Of a DNA stretch of 64,000 nucleotides, positions 20,963-34,300 are shown piece after piece. The notes under the pieces were generated by a model. It searched no databases. It saw only the letters and a program-made list of their open reading frames with translations, and was not told the DNA's origin. The position numbers and the translations under genes were made by a program. Each line of letters starts with the position of its first letter. Within the stretch, counting starts at the first letter, position 1. This DNA is from Candidatus Aminicenantes bacterium (GTDB lineage: Bacteria; Acidobacteriota; Aminicenantia; Aminicenantales; CAVYOD01). The stretch spans positions 69,487 through 133,486 of the forward strand of contig CAVYOD010000029.1 of the NCBI GenBank assembly GCA_963770045.1, read 5' to 3'.

Positions 20963-22349
20963 TCAGTGGGGCAGGCCGAAAACATAATACACCAGACAAA
21001 GCAAGCCCAAAACGATGGATCCGCCGTTGAGCTGTTTCCGTTTCCCCGCCAGGAGTTTGAAGATGGGGTACAGGACGAGCCCGGCCGTCAGACCCATTGG
21101 CGATGTTGTAGGTAAAAATCATGATCACAATCGTGGCGAACGAGGGGACCACTTCCGTGAGGTCCTCAAAATCAATTCTTTTGACGGAGCCGATCATGAG
21201 CACTCCCACGGCGATGAGCGCCGGCCCGTAGGCATAGCGCAGACGCTGCAGAGGCTCGATCAAAGGAATGAAAAAGAGTGAAACAACGAATAAGAACGCC
21301 GTCGTGACAGCCGCGAGTCCGGTCCTGGCGCCTTCCCGGATGCCGGTCGCCGATTCGATGTAAGCCCCGCTGGTCGATGTCCCGACCAGGGCGCTGAACA
21401 TGCAGGCCGCGGCGTCAACCATCATGGGGCGTTCGATCCTGGGGAAGTTTCCTTTTTCGTCGAGCATGTTGCCGGCCGCGCCGACGCCGACAAGAGTCCC
21501 CAGGGTGTCGAGGAATCCCATCAGAAAAAGCGTCAGCAGGATGGGCAAGACGCTCAACTTCAGCATCCCCAGGATATCGAGCTTGAGGGCGATGGCCCCC
21601 AGGCTGAACTCGCCGACGAAAGGGAGTGCGAGCACAGCCCGCGGCGCTTCACCCACTCCCGCCAGAAATCCCAGAACAGCGGTGGCCGCTATTCCCAACA
21701 GGATTCCGCCGCGGATTCTGCGCTGCAACAGGATGCTGATCAGGAGAAAACCGAAGATCGCCAGGAGGACCCGGGGAGACCGAAGGTTCCCGATCTTGAC
21801 CGGCACGTCCGGCGCCGAGAGCACCGAAGCGTTTCCCCGGATCAGAGCCTGAGGCGGCATCCCGGCCACGGAACTGGTCACGATCCCAGTTTCGTAGAGG
21901 CCAATAAAAGCCAGGAACAGCCCGATCCCCACGGCGAAGCTGTGCTTCAGGCTCGAAGAGATGGAGTTCGCCAGCCAGGAGCGGATTCGCAACAGGGTGA
22001 TCAGCGCGAAGGCCAGCCCGCTTATGAACACAGCTCCCAATCGCTGCTGCCAACCGATACCCATCATGGCCAGTCCGAAGGCGATAAAGGCGTTCTCCCC
22101 CATATATGGTGCCACCGCGATCGGTCGGTTTGCATAGATACCCATCATAAGGGAGCCAAAGGCCGCCGCCAGGATCGTCGCTACAGTACTCGGTCCTTGC
22201 GGAATTCCGGCGAAGCTCAGGATGGCCGGGTTGACGACGATGATATAAGCCATCGTGATAAAGGTGGTCGCCCCCCCCAAAATTTCGGTCCGGATGGTTG
22301 TCCCGTTCTCTCGCAGTTTGAAGAGTCGCTCTGCTACCCTTTTGTCCAT
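20963..22349 (-). CDS. NCS2/AzgA-family purine permease (frameshift near C-terminus)
   Basis: TTFITMAYIIVVNPAILS, APYMGENAF, GIGLFLAFIG and YIESATGIREGARTGL. Confidence 0.9.
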
Positions 22350-22467
22350 CGCCGCTACGAATGTCTCAAGCTGATTTCTGAGGGAAAGATATATCCGGGA
22401 AAAGGCAGATGTCAAGCGGCCGGTGATTGCCTACAAGATAGGGCCTCCCATTTTCGGGACTTCAGCC

Positions 22468-25400
22468 TTATTTGAACTCAAATCTTTTCTCAACAAAGAG
22501 TCTCAGGCAAGCTTCGACGGCGGCAGGATCAAAAAGGGTCCCCTTCTTCCGAGAAATCTCATCCAGGGCCTTTTCGATTCCGAGGGCCGATCGATAAGGC
22601 CGGTGCGTCGCCATGGCCTCGACAACATCAGCCACGCTCAAGATCTTCGCTTCCAGGAGGATGTCCTTGGCCAAGAGCGCTTGCGGATACCCGGAGCCGT
22701 CCAATCTTTCATGGTGTTGAAGGACAATTTCGGCGATCGGCCAAGGAAATTCTATCTCCTTCAATATTTCATAGGCGACCTTGGGGTGACTCTTTATCAG
22801 GCCGAATTCATTTTCGTTGATGCTTCCGGGTTTACTGAGGATTTCAGCAGGAACAGATATTTTTCCTATATCGTGAATGACTCCAGCCATGTAGACGCCT
22901 TCGATCTTGTCCTCAGGCAGGGGCATCTCAGTCGCGATGGCACGGGCGAGGTCGGCGACCCTCCTTTGATGGCCGGCCGTGTAAGGATCCCTCCATTCGA
23001 CCGTCGAAGCCATGGCCTGCACGACGCCGGACATTGCTCTCTGCAGCTTTCCGTAGCTTTCTTCGAGCTTCAGTCCCGCTTCCCGGCTCTCTGTGACATC
23101 TTCAACGGTCCCCTCATAATACAGGACCCTTCCGTCTCTATCCCGGATGGCTTTCGCACTTTCCCGGACAAATATCGTCGTTCCGTCTTGTCTCGTCCAG
23201 GCGGATTCATAGCCTTTCACGATCCCTTCGTTTTCAATCTGCCGGCGAAACTCGCTGCGTGGATAATTGGGCTCATAGCCTCCCAGCTCCAAATTGCGTC
23301 GCGCGAGTTCGCTAAAACTCCTGAAACCCAACATACGAACAAGAGCCGGATTGGACAACAGGATCTGTCCTTCCGGCGTGGTCCGATAGATGCCAATCGT
23401 CGCATTCTCGAACAGGCTTCGGAACCTTTCCTCACTCTCCATCAGCGCCTTTTCCGCAAGCTTGCGCTCAGTGATATCTATGAACGCTCCTTCGTAGTGC
23501 ACTATTCTTCCATCCCCGCCCCTGATGGCCCGGGCGCTATTCTTCACCCAGATGACAGTGCCGTCTCGCTTCTTCACCTGAGTTTCGAAGTCTTCGACGA
23601 CACCATTCTTATCCATCTGGATTTTCCATCGCTCGCGATCCTCCGGGTTCAGATAGTCAGAAACGGCGTCCAAATCCAGATGGGATCTGAGATCAGGATA
23701 GCCGAGCATCCTCACCAAGGCGGGATTTGCGTCCAGGTTTTTTCCGGCGGGGGTGCTGCGGTAGAGTCCAACGGGCACGTTATCAAACAAGTGTCGGTAC
23801 CGCTCCTCGCTTTGACGGAGGGCTTTTTCTTTTGATTTCTGGTCGGTAATGTCACGGAGCACGGCCATGGTGAAAATCTCGTTATCCATTTCGTATGTGG
23901 AGACATGCACGTCCATATCAAACTCTGAGCCGTCTTTTCTTAAGCCGCGTGTCTCGTAAAACGTGGGCGCGCCTTTTCTTTCGCCCCGGAGGCGGGTGTT
24001 CTCCTTGATCTGCCCGCGCTGGTCGGGTGCGATAACGGTTAAGAATGGGCTTTCCGGCTAATTCTCCATTTTGAGAGAAACCGAAGAGTTTCAGATAGGC
24101 AGGGTTGGCAAGAACATGAATTCCCGCTTTTGAGACGCCGATCGGATCTACTGAATTCTCAAAAATAGCCCGGAATCTGATCTCGTTCCGGCGCAAGGCT
24201 TCGGCTGAATGTCTCTGATGCGTGATGTCATCATAGATCGCCAGGATTTCTCCTGAGGGAATCCTGCAAACATAATTTTCTTTCCAGCCAGAAATCCGAT
24301 CATCTTTGTAGAGCCTGACCGGGCAATTTTCAGGATTTCCCGTCCTCCAGACCCGCCGAAAGACGTCGAACAGGCCAAATTCCTTGACTCCGGGGAAGAC
24401 CTGTAACACCGACTTACCGAGGAGGTCTTTTTTGGCAATTCGCTCCGTTTTTTCAGCCGCCGGATTGAAGTCTTTGATGATGAAATCCTCACCGTTGTTG
24501 ACGGCTTCGTAGACGGCAACGCAGCCCTTCATCTGGTTGAAGACCTGCCGGAACCGCTCTTCGCTCGCTCTCAGAGCCCTTTCTATCTTTTTGCGCTCGG
24601 ATATATCTCTCGCGATTCCTTGGATGGCATAGGGCTCACCGTTGCGGTATAAGAGAGACGCGTTGGTCTCAACATCAACATATTCACCATTCTTGCGCTT
24701 CAGCCTGAATTCGGTGGGGCCTTTCTGTTGGCCGGTCCCTATGATCTCTTCAAGCGTTTGCATCACCAGAGCAATTTGGTCCTCGCTCAGCAATGAAGTA
24801 AACTTCAGGGAACAAATTTCCTCCCTCCCATAGCCAAGCAAGCTGAGGGCTGCATCATTCGCGTCAATAAATCTTCCCTCAAAGTCGTGGATATAGACGC
24901 AATCGAGCGAGCGGTCGAATAAGGACTTATAGCGCTCCTCGCTCTCCACGAGCGCCTTCATTGCTCCTATGCGGTCGGTTATGTCCCGAGCATAGATCGC
25001 GAACATCGTCACGCCGCCATTTCTGTCGAGAACAGGGTAGATGTTCGTCTCAAAATGCCGTCCTTGACGTTCATCCTCTAATCGAACGGCCTTTCGTGAT
25101 TTCAGGACTTCATCACAATAGGCCTTTCTAGCCTTAGCGACATCGGGGGGCAGAAAGTTAAAGATGCAACGGCCCTTAACTTCTTCCGCTCTCTTTCCTA
25201 ATCTCTCGGCAGTTGTTTCGTTCAAGGCGAGAACGATTCCATCCCTGTCAGTCAAGAATACCGACTCGTCGGCTGCGTCCAGGATCGCTTGAGTGGCTTC
25301 CCCGCTCTCTCTCAGGTCCTCTTCCCTTTTTTTTCTATCGCTGATGTCGATCGATATCGTTTGCAGGGCCGGCTGCCCAAAATACTCAATCTTAATAGGA

Positions 25401-25714
25401 AAATGTTCCAGTTGACGCACCTCGCCATTTTTTCGGAATAACCGGAATTCATACTTTGACTGAACCTCGTTTCCATTGAGGTCAATCTGGAGCAGTCCCA
25501 GAGCCTGCTCTCGATCATCTGGATGAATGAGACGAACAATTTCATCCGGCGAAAATGCAACCAGCTCCGTGACGCTATAGCCAAGAATGTCAGCCAGCGC
25601 CTGATTGGCAAAGACGATGCGCGCGTCTTGGATGATGCTTACGCCGACCTGAGAGTGTTCGGTTAAGGCCAGGAACGGATTGTTTTGCAGACTCGTTCTG
25701 ATTTCTAGGGGCAT
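22468..25714 (-). CDS. Multi-PAS HD-GYP phosphodiesterase (split by frameshift at ~23920-24040)
   Basis: Repeated PAS/PAC units with DITERK...SEERF linkers; RDPYTAGHQ, HDIGKI and HHERLDGSGYP. Confidence 0.88.
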
Positions 25715-26012
25715 CCTTTCGTTTCGTTTTTTCTTCTAACCGCCGAGTTTCTTTGATCATAGCGGTTTCTGACCGGTTAACCGAGTTCTAAGCCTCCGAC
25801 CTTATTGTCGGCACTGGAGGCGGATCTCGGAATCGCCTTTGAGAATGATTAAGGGGGTTAATTTTGGGGGCTTTTTATCCCCCCAAGAGGTGAGGACAGA
25901 TCATCGAAGGCTGAGCTATGTTCCACCAAGAAACCGATTATTAACTTATTTTCAACTAAATAGCAGGCCCCGCCCGCAAAAGCGAGAATTCTTCTGAAGC
26001 AAAACATTAGCG

Positions 26013-26852
26013 CTAGGGTAAAATTGCAAAAAGACGGGCCGGAAAACCGGAACCCGCTTTGGGCTTGGGCCAAGTGCAGACCAAAAGCGCGCCCGCCTCA
26101 GGGACTTTGTCGAGATTGGCGATGAGCTCAATCTGGAAGCGGTTGCTTTTCAGGACATAACTTTCACAGGAAAAGAACTCTCCGACTTGCGCAATAGCGG
26201 CATCGGAATCGATCGGCTCATGACCTATGGCCGTGACTCCCCGTTCATCAAATAAGAACTTGAGGGCCGGGATGGTCCAGCCCGGATAATGGGCTTGACC
26301 CTTCGCGTCCTTATTATAAAAGGCATTGATATCGGAAAATCTCTTGTACCAGTCCGATCGCATCGCCACAAACGCCCCCTGGGGGATCCGTCCATGCCGG
26401 GTTTCCCATGTCTTTAAATCTTCCAGCACAAGTTGATAATCGGGATTTTTAAGGACCTTTTGGCTGCAATCGATGACGACCAAAGGCATCATCATTTCTT
26501 TCACCGGAATTTCATCCAACATCCGCAAGCCTTTGTGAAAATGACCCGGTGGATCACAGTGGGTTCCGTATTGTCCGACATGGGAAAATATTTCAGCGAT
26601 GAAGCCGTCCTTCTCATAAGTGTAAATAACCTTCCGGTCTTCCGAGGGGAAGCCGGGCCATCGGGGGATGCCCGGGGCAAAAGCATGAGTTAAATCCACG
26701 AATTTTCTTGGTTTGATCTTCGTTTCGAAGAGCTCCCAAAGAGAGAGATCATCTTTTTGGGCAAAAACTTGGTTTCTCATTGAAAGCAAGGTGAACATGA
26801 GAAAAAACGCAAAACATATCGAAAGTAGAGAGTAGGTAAGTGTTTTCTTCAT
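26013..26852 (-). CDS. Cyclase family (kynurenine-formamidase-like) metal hydrolase, secreted
   Basis: VDLTH, GTHCDPPGHF, HYPG and GSGFPAR; N-terminal signal/TM; GGAGG RBS. Confidence 0.85.
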   Translation of the reverse strand: MKKTLTYSLLSICFAFFLMFTLLSMRNQVFAQKDDLSLWELFETKIKPRKFVDLTHAFAPGIPRWPGFPSEDRKVIYTYEKDGFIAEIFSHVGQYGTHCDPPGHFHKGLRMLDEIPVKEMMMPLVVIDCSQKVLKNPDYQLVLEDLKTWETRHGRIPQGAFVAMRSDWYKRFSDINAFYNKDAKGQAHYPGWTIPALKFLFDERGVTAIGHEPIDSDAAIAQVGEFFSCESYVLKSNRFQIELIANLDKVPEAGALLVCTWPKPKAGSGFPARLFAILP

Positions 26853-26998
26853 CCTAGACCTCCCTGTCCTCTGATTTCCCGAAGCTGCCGGTGCAAACGT
26901 TAACAAGAAACAAGATAAGAGTCAAGAAAAGAGGTGGTGGCGGGAGGGACTTGTGGAGTCGCTGAAGGACTTGGCTCTTGAGGGGAAAGGACAGGTCA

Positions 26999-27026
26999 TT
27001 GAAATTTCAAGTATTGCGAGTATAAT
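26999..27026 (+). promoter_or_regulatory. Promoter of the GNAT-PKS operon with a palindrome over the -35 box
   Basis: TTGAAA-16 nt-TATAAT; perfect palindrome TTGAAATTTCAA at 26999-27010. Confidence 0.55.
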
Positions 27027-27225
27027 TCAGGTATGCGTCTGAATTTTTGCACGCCACCGGCAGGTGAACTATGGATGACAAATGGCTATCGGCTTCCTTA
27101 AAGGACGGTGAGCAGTGCGTCCGTGACAGTGGTCGTTGCTGCGGGAGTTATGTGCGCCCTGCCGTACGGCCAAAAAAGTCCTATGAGCTAATGTTTTGGT
27201 GATAGCCTCTCGAAGGATATAAATC

Positions 27226-28348
27226 ATGGCCGGCATAGATATCATTACCGTTGAAAGAGAATCGGAGTTGAAGGACTTCATCGATCTTCCATGGAGGATT
27301 TATGCTGCGTACCCCAGATGGGTTCCTCCCCTTAAGAAGGAGGTTCGCCGGTTGCTGGACCCCGCCAGGCATCCTTTCTGGGAGTCTGCCGAGCGCGTCC
27401 TCTTTCTGGCCCGACGCGGTTCGGAGACCGTGGGAAGGATCGCGGGCATCATCGACCGTGCTTATAACCAGTTCCACGGCGAAAAGATGGGCATTTGGGG
27501 GTTTTTCGAATGCGCCGATGATCAAGAGGCCGCGGCGGCCCTGTTCTCTTCCGTGGAGACGTGGGTGCGCCAGAAGGGGATGACCTTCATGCGAGGCCCG
27601 CTCAGCCCGTCCACCAATTACGAGGTCGGGTTGCTCATTGAAGGATTCGATTATCCGCCTGCGTTGATGATGCCTTACCACCCGCCGTACTACTCAAGGT
27701 TGGTCGAATCGTGCGGTTTTGCCAAAGAGAAGGACCTGCTGGCCTTCTTGATAGAGGGCGATTACCAGCTTCCCGAGTGGATGGATAGCCTGGCCGGACG
27801 TATCGCCCAGAAAAAGGGCATCCACATCAAACGCATCAATCCAAAGGATGTGAGACGCCGAGTTTGACCTGATCAGGGAGATCTACAATGACAGCTGGTC
27901 GGGGAACTGGGGTTTTGTCCCGTTGAGCGATCATGAGATGCGGGACATTCAAAAGAACGTCATGCAATTCACGGATCCGGACCTGGCTTTCTTCATCTAT
28001 TATGAGAACGAACCCGCCGCAGTGTGTGTGATCTTTCCCGACATGAATCCTTTCCTCAAGCGTCTCAACGGCCGGATCGGCGTGATGGGTTTGCTCAAGG
28101 CGCTCCTGTATCGGCGGGAAATCAAGGGAATGCGATTGCTGATGTTCGGGATCAAGGACAAGTACCGGCAGATGGGCATTCCCCTCTTGGCCTTCCACCA
28201 CATCTATGAGGTCGTGAGGGAAAAAAAGAAATATCGTTATCTGGAGCTTGGCTGGACGCTGGAGGATAACGAGGCGATCAACTCATTGATAGAGGAAGCC
28301 GGCGCAAAGCTATATAAGAGATATCGCATCTTCAGAAAGTCTTTATAA
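27226..28348 (+). CDS. YghO-like tandem GNAT acyltransferase (bacterial ceramide synthase-like family; frameshift ~27850)
   Basis: FIDLPW.IY...WVPPL, HPFW, VGRIA, GFFEC, GLLIEGF.P...MPY.PPYY, NWGFVP and ELGWTLEDN...K.YRIF. Confidence 0.8.
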
Positions 28349-28390
28349 TGTAAACAGGTGAACGAACAGAGTTGAAACGGAGGTCGGGAT

Positions 28391-31300
28391 ATGTTGGTTG
28401 AGTATCGGGTTCCCATCATCGCTTTCGTCTGGCGGCCTGAGGAGATCATCCCGCCGGTAACCCAAATGGCTCATCGAACGGGGAGCCGGGCGATCTTCGA
28501 TTTTTCAATGATGGAGACGCAAGCCCTGCATTCTTTCCTGCGAAAGGCTGCCCCTGCTTGTCGCGTTGAGGATATCAAGATCTCTGCTGCCACCTTCATG
28601 GATCCATCTTTGGGGCGGTTGCTGAAGGAAACAGGAGTCCAGAACATCTGGGTCGAATGCCACCCCCAGTATTTCCGGGGGGATACTTCCGGCTTTCTCC
28701 AGAGATTGAGAGAATTGTCGGAAAACACCGTTGTTTTCCAATCGTTGGAGACTTGGATATCCTGGCGACGATTTTGAAGGATCGTTCGGGAATTGGACGC
28801 ATCGTCCTGAAAGGATGCGAGGCCTCTGGATTCGTGAGCGGTGAAACAACCTGGCTTCTCTATTCGGCAGCCAAGGAAATGCTGCGCGATTCCGCGAAGT
28901 CTCCGGACATCCTCATCTGGGGCGGCGTCTGGACGCCTGAGGCGGCAGCGGCATTTTTGTCCACAGGAGCCGCAGGTATAGTATTCGAGAGCGTCCATTG
29001 GCTGACGGACCTTGTGGCCATTGATGACCCCCAACGCCAGCAACTCGCCAAAATCCGCATGGATTCCACCTCACTGGTTGGCTTAGACATGCAGGTTCCT
29101 TGTCGACTTTTCAATAAGGGGAACTCGGTGGCGTTCAAGGAGATCAAAGCGTTCGAGGACTCGCTGTGCAAAACAGATATCACGGAGGAAAGCCGCCGCT
29201 GCTTCGTCGACCACGTGAATTCCATGTCCCGACAACCTCTGAAGAGCCATTTCACCAAAGACGAGGTCATCCCTCTGGGTGTGGAGGCTGCCTTTGCGGC
29301 GTCGTTTGCTGAGCGTTTTGGGGCCGGAACCGAAAAGGCCGTGAACGCCTTCATCGAAGAGATTCGAAACTTATGCCGCTCGGCTGAGGTGAAAAAGGAT
29401 TGCTTTTTAGACAGCCCTTCAGCCAAGGAGCTGGGAACGAAATATCCATTTATCCAGGGCGCCATGTCCTCCATCACCGATATCCCGGAGTTTGCCGCGA
29501 GAATTGCTGATGCCGGAGGATTGCCGACGATCGCCCTTGGCCTGATGAATGCGGAGGCTCTTGATCGGAGACTGGGTCGTCTGCCAGAAGTCATGGGAGA
29601 GCGATCTTATGCCGTGAATATCATTTCTTTGGCGGAGAATCCTTTCCGGGAGACTCAGCTGGACTGGATAAAGAAAACCAAGCCCCGTTTTGTCTGGATC
29701 GCCGGAGGGGATATCTCTCCCATAAGAGAATTGCTGGAATGTGGCATAGAGGTGGTTTATATCGCCCCGGATGAGGCCCTGCTGAAGCTTGCGCTGGAAG
29801 CGGGCGTGCGGTACGTGGTCTGCGAGGGGTATGAGGCAGGCGGCCACGTGGGGCAACATAGTACACTGACCCTTGCCCAAATCGTGTTGGACCTCAAACG
29901 GCAAAAGCCAACCCTGTTCCAAAATTGTCGCGTGATACTTGCCGGGGGGATATTCAATCGTGAAACCGCATTCATGGCCGCCATGCTCGGCGCAGACGCC
30001 ATCCAGATGGGCACCGCCTATCTGGCCACACAGGAGATCGTTGAAACGGGCGCTATGACGGCACTCTATCAGCGGATGGTTCTGGAATCGTCTCCGGGGG
30101 GAACAGTCGTTACAGGTCGAAGCACCGGACTTCGGGTGCGGTCATTGAGGACACCGAGAGTGGCCGCTGTTTTATCTCTGGAGAGAAAATTTGCAGCGGG
30201 TCACCAGGATGAGACCTCCTTCCGGACAAAAATGGAGGAGATGACGGCGGGGAGTCTCTTCGTTGCCGCCCGAGGTATGGATAAGCAAGGTAAGCCTCTG
30301 TCTGAACGGGCCTGTATGGAACGCGGGCAATTCATGAGCGGGGCCAGTGCCGGACTTATCAGTAAAGCACAGAAGTTGGAGTCCTTTCACCGCGAGTTGG
30401 CCGAAGGGGCTCTTGACCTGCATCAGCCATTTAAAGGGGCCAGTGAAGAAATTGACCTCTGACGTATCGCTGCCTCAAACAACTCCATCCTTCGGTGTTG
30501 GCCGGGCGGACGTGCGCAAAGGCGATCATGAAAGGGTTGCCATCACAGGGATGAGCATCGTTAATGCCCTGGGGAAGAGTCCGGAGGAGACATGGGCTGC
30601 AAGTCTGGCCATGAAGAGCGGAATTACACGTATTCCGTCTTCATGGTGGGACCAGGAGCGTTTTTATGATCCCCGGCCGCACATCATGGATAAAACCTAT
30701 TGCAATGTCGCTGCCTTTATAGATTTTCATGCCTCACGCAGCGAACTCGGGATTCCGCCCCATGATTTTCGAACGATGACCGAGGCCACAAGGATCACCA
30801 TGTGGCTGGCTGAAAATGCCATCCGGGCCTCCGGCATCCTGGAGTCAGGCATCCCTCGCGAGCGGATCGGAGTCCTGATCTCCCAGAACTCGGGAGAGAC
30901 GGCGGCAACCCTTACACCTTTGCTAATCAGGGAAAATGTTCACAATATCCTTGCGGCCATCCGACAAACGGTTCCTGTAACGCCGGAGCAGGAGCAAGCC
31001 ATCGAAAAAGAGTTAAAGTCCAGATATATGGCCCCGGACGACACCACGCTTCTGGGCAGACTCAGCTGCACAGCGGCCGGCTTCATCTGTAACCGGTATG
31101 GGTTTATGGGTCCCAGCTTTTCCGTCTCCGCGGCCTGCGCGACCTCACTGGTCGCACTCCACAGCGCCATCCAGATGATACGAAACGGAATCATCGATGC
31201 CGCCGTCGTCGGAGGGGGTGAGGAGAAGCTCACCCACATCCATTTTATAGAATTCTCCGCGCTGGGCGCACTTTACGGACTTTCCGGGCGGGAAAGACCC

Positions 31301-34300
31301 GCTCACGAATGCTCGCGTCCCTTCGATGCCGAAAGAGATGGAATGGTCCTCGGCGAAGGCGGGGGAATGATCGTTATCGAGCGGGAAAGTCTGGCGCATA
31401 AAAGAGGAGTGCCTGTCCACGCCATTATTACCAATATGGGAGCGAGCAATAATCATCTGGGTATGGTGGAATCATCAAGTGTCACCCAGGAAATTGCCAT
31501 CGGCAACTTCTTTCCGCGGGATACCCTATGGACCCGATGCCGTGGACATGGTGGAATGCCATGCCACAAGCACTCGGCAAGGAGACGTCGAGGAGGTTCG
31601 TGCTCTGAAGACATTTTTCAAGCCCTCCAATCGCACAATGCTGACCTCATTCAAATCCCAGATCGGACACACCCTGGGCGCCTCGGGCATCAACAGTCTC
31701 ATTCGAGGAGTCACGGCCATGAAGGCGGGGGTTTTACCCCCTACCCTCAATTATGTGCATCCAGACCCGCAGATTGGTCTGGAAGGGTCTGGGCTTTTTG
31801 TCGCCCCGGAGCCGCTTGATTGGAAGCGCAGGGACGGCCAGCCAAGAAGGTTTCAGGTCAATGCCTTCGGGTTTGGAGGGTCCAACTATGTTGTGCAGTT
31901 GGAACAGGCCATGAATGGAGAGGATAAGGTATTGATTTCCCCGGGGAAAGAGGCTCAAACGGGAGGCGACCATTCGGCGCTCCAAGGCGTCTCTTTCTTC
32001 CGCACTAAGGTTGACGGCGGTAACTGCCGGATGGCCGTCGTGGCACAATCCGAAGAAGAGGCGATCACGGCCATGGAAAAGTCGGCTTCTCTTATCGAAG
32101 CCGGAATCGCCGCACCCAAAACATTGAGGTCTCTGGCGCAGCAGGGAATCTTTATAAGCCCTGAGAATTTGCCGGTGCCGCCGCTGGCTTTTGTATTTCC
32201 CGGACAGGGGGCACACTATATCGGAATGGGGCGGGAACTCTATGAGTCCTTTGGCGTCATCAAGGAATGGATGGATAGGGCGGCAGCGGTAGCGGATTTT
32301 GACCTCCTTGACTTATTGTTCCATGATCAAGAGGAAAACCTCCAAAAGACACGGTGGCAGCAGCCTGCTCTCTTCACTATGGAATACGCCATGGCTCAAT
32401 ATCTTGTTTCTCTTGGCATTAACCCTGCGGCTATGGCCGGCCACAGTCTGGGCGAACTGACAGCTTTGTGCATGGCCGGCGTATATTCCATGGAAGATGG
32501 GTTCCGAATCGTGAACATGAGAGCCCGCTGCATGGACAAGGCCGCCGCTATGAATATGGATCCCGGTGTCATGGCGGCCGTGGATGCCCCTATGGAAATG
32601 CTGAAAGACATGATGAAGGGACAGGAAAATATCCACATTGGCAATATCAATTCACCGAACCAGGTCATCCTGAGCGGCAACACCGAGACCGTCAAGAATC
32701 TTGGCAAAAAATTGAAAGAGATGGGATACCGATTCACCCTCTTGCGGGTGAGCATGGCCTTCCACTCTCCTATCATGCGGGTCATCCATGACGAACTCGA
32801 GGCGTATGTGGCCTCCATTCCCTTTCATTCTCCAAAGATACCCGTCATCTCCAACACGACCATGGCGCCGTATCCATCAGATTCCGGTGAGATCAGGCGA
32901 ATCCTCATGGCCCACCTGGAGTCCACCGTCCATTGGAAGAATAACGTTCAGACCCTTTGGAACGACTACGGAATCCGGCTCTTCGCGGAGGTGGGCCCTG
33001 GCGATATATTAAGCAATCTCATCACCGACACGCTCCCTGACTCAACGTGCATCCAGACCTGCATCCCCCCTGCAGAGTGCGTCACTTACAAGACCGCCCT
33101 TGCTCAGCTCTTCGTTCAAGGGCATCTGAAGGTTCGCAGAGAACCGAGGGTTGTTTCCCTCTCTGCATTCAGGAAGGCTCCCGCATCTGGCCGCAACACG
33201 CCGGACGGACAGGCCTCCCCTGCCCGCGCCGAGACGTCCGAGCATCAGGGCCATATAAAGGCGCTTATTCAAATCATCATGGACGCGACAGGATTCAACA
33301 GGGATGAGATTCAACCTGATATGGACCTCCGAAGGGATCTCTCCATCCGCTCCAGCCGTCTCCCGATCATCATGGACGCCGCGGAACGCCATTTCGGAAT
33401 CACCATCGAACTGGAGGATTTCATCCATGTCCGCACCGTGAGGGACATCGCGCAGAAGATTTCCGAGATCGTCGCCAGGAAAGAAGGTACCAGCCTACCG
33501 CCGGCCGCCAAGGCGGTTACTTCGGGCTCTGCAATCCCGGACGGACAGGCCTCCCCTGCCCTCGCCGAGACGTCTGAGCATCAGGACCATATAGAGGCGC
33601 TTATTCAAATCATCATGGACGCGACAGGATTCAACAGGGATGAGATTCAACCCGATATGGATCTCAGAAGGGATCTCTCCATCCGCTCCAGCCGTCTCCC
33701 GATCATCATGGATGCCGCGGAACGCCATTTCGGAATCACCATCGAACTGGAGGATTTCATCCATGTCCGCACCGTGAGGGACATCGCGCAGAAGATTTCC
33801 GAGATCGTCGCCAGGAAAGAAGGTACCGGCCTACCGCCGGCCACCAAGGCGGCTGAACCCGGCTTAGTGCAAGATGAAACCCTGAAGCCCTTACAGGATG
33901 AGGCGAGTTTAAAGCGGCTCGTATTCAAGAGCGTTCCTATGGAGCTATCGGCCTCGGCTCCAATAAAATTGAGCCAAGGCGAGTCGGTGCTTTTTCTCTC
34001 ACCCGACAGGGATGACGAGATTGCCAAAAATGTCGGAGATATATTCCGGCAGGATTACGGGGTTGACACGATTCCCATGTTATTTATGCGGGCGAAAGGT
34101 CCTGGACAAGAAGGTTATGATATTTTGACGGATGAAGGGTCTTGTAAGGTATCACAGAGAATATCGAGTTTGGCGTCCCTGGCCGGGATGGTTATCACCT
34201 TGCCTAAAGGCTGGTCGGGAAAGATAAAAGGCATAGCGGATGTTTCGCGGCTTTTGAGGGGACTATTTTTACCACTGAAGGCCTTTCTCCAGTCACCGGC

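Noticed and set aside
22350-22420. Purine riboswitch upstream of the NCS2 permease
   Set aside because: The leader is short and lacks the aptamer consensus.
22423-23835. 470-aa plus-strand ORF
   Set aside because: Antisense to the motif-rich HD-GYP gene; no family signature.
25715-26012. c-di-GMP riboswitch upstream of the HD-GYP gene
   Set aside because: Small hairpins exist (CCGAC-CTTATT-GTCGG), but the GEMM consensus was not found.
26931-26960. Possible second tRNA
   Set aside because: Only about 12 nt match the tRNA 3' end and no cloverleaf forms; treated as an att-like remnant.
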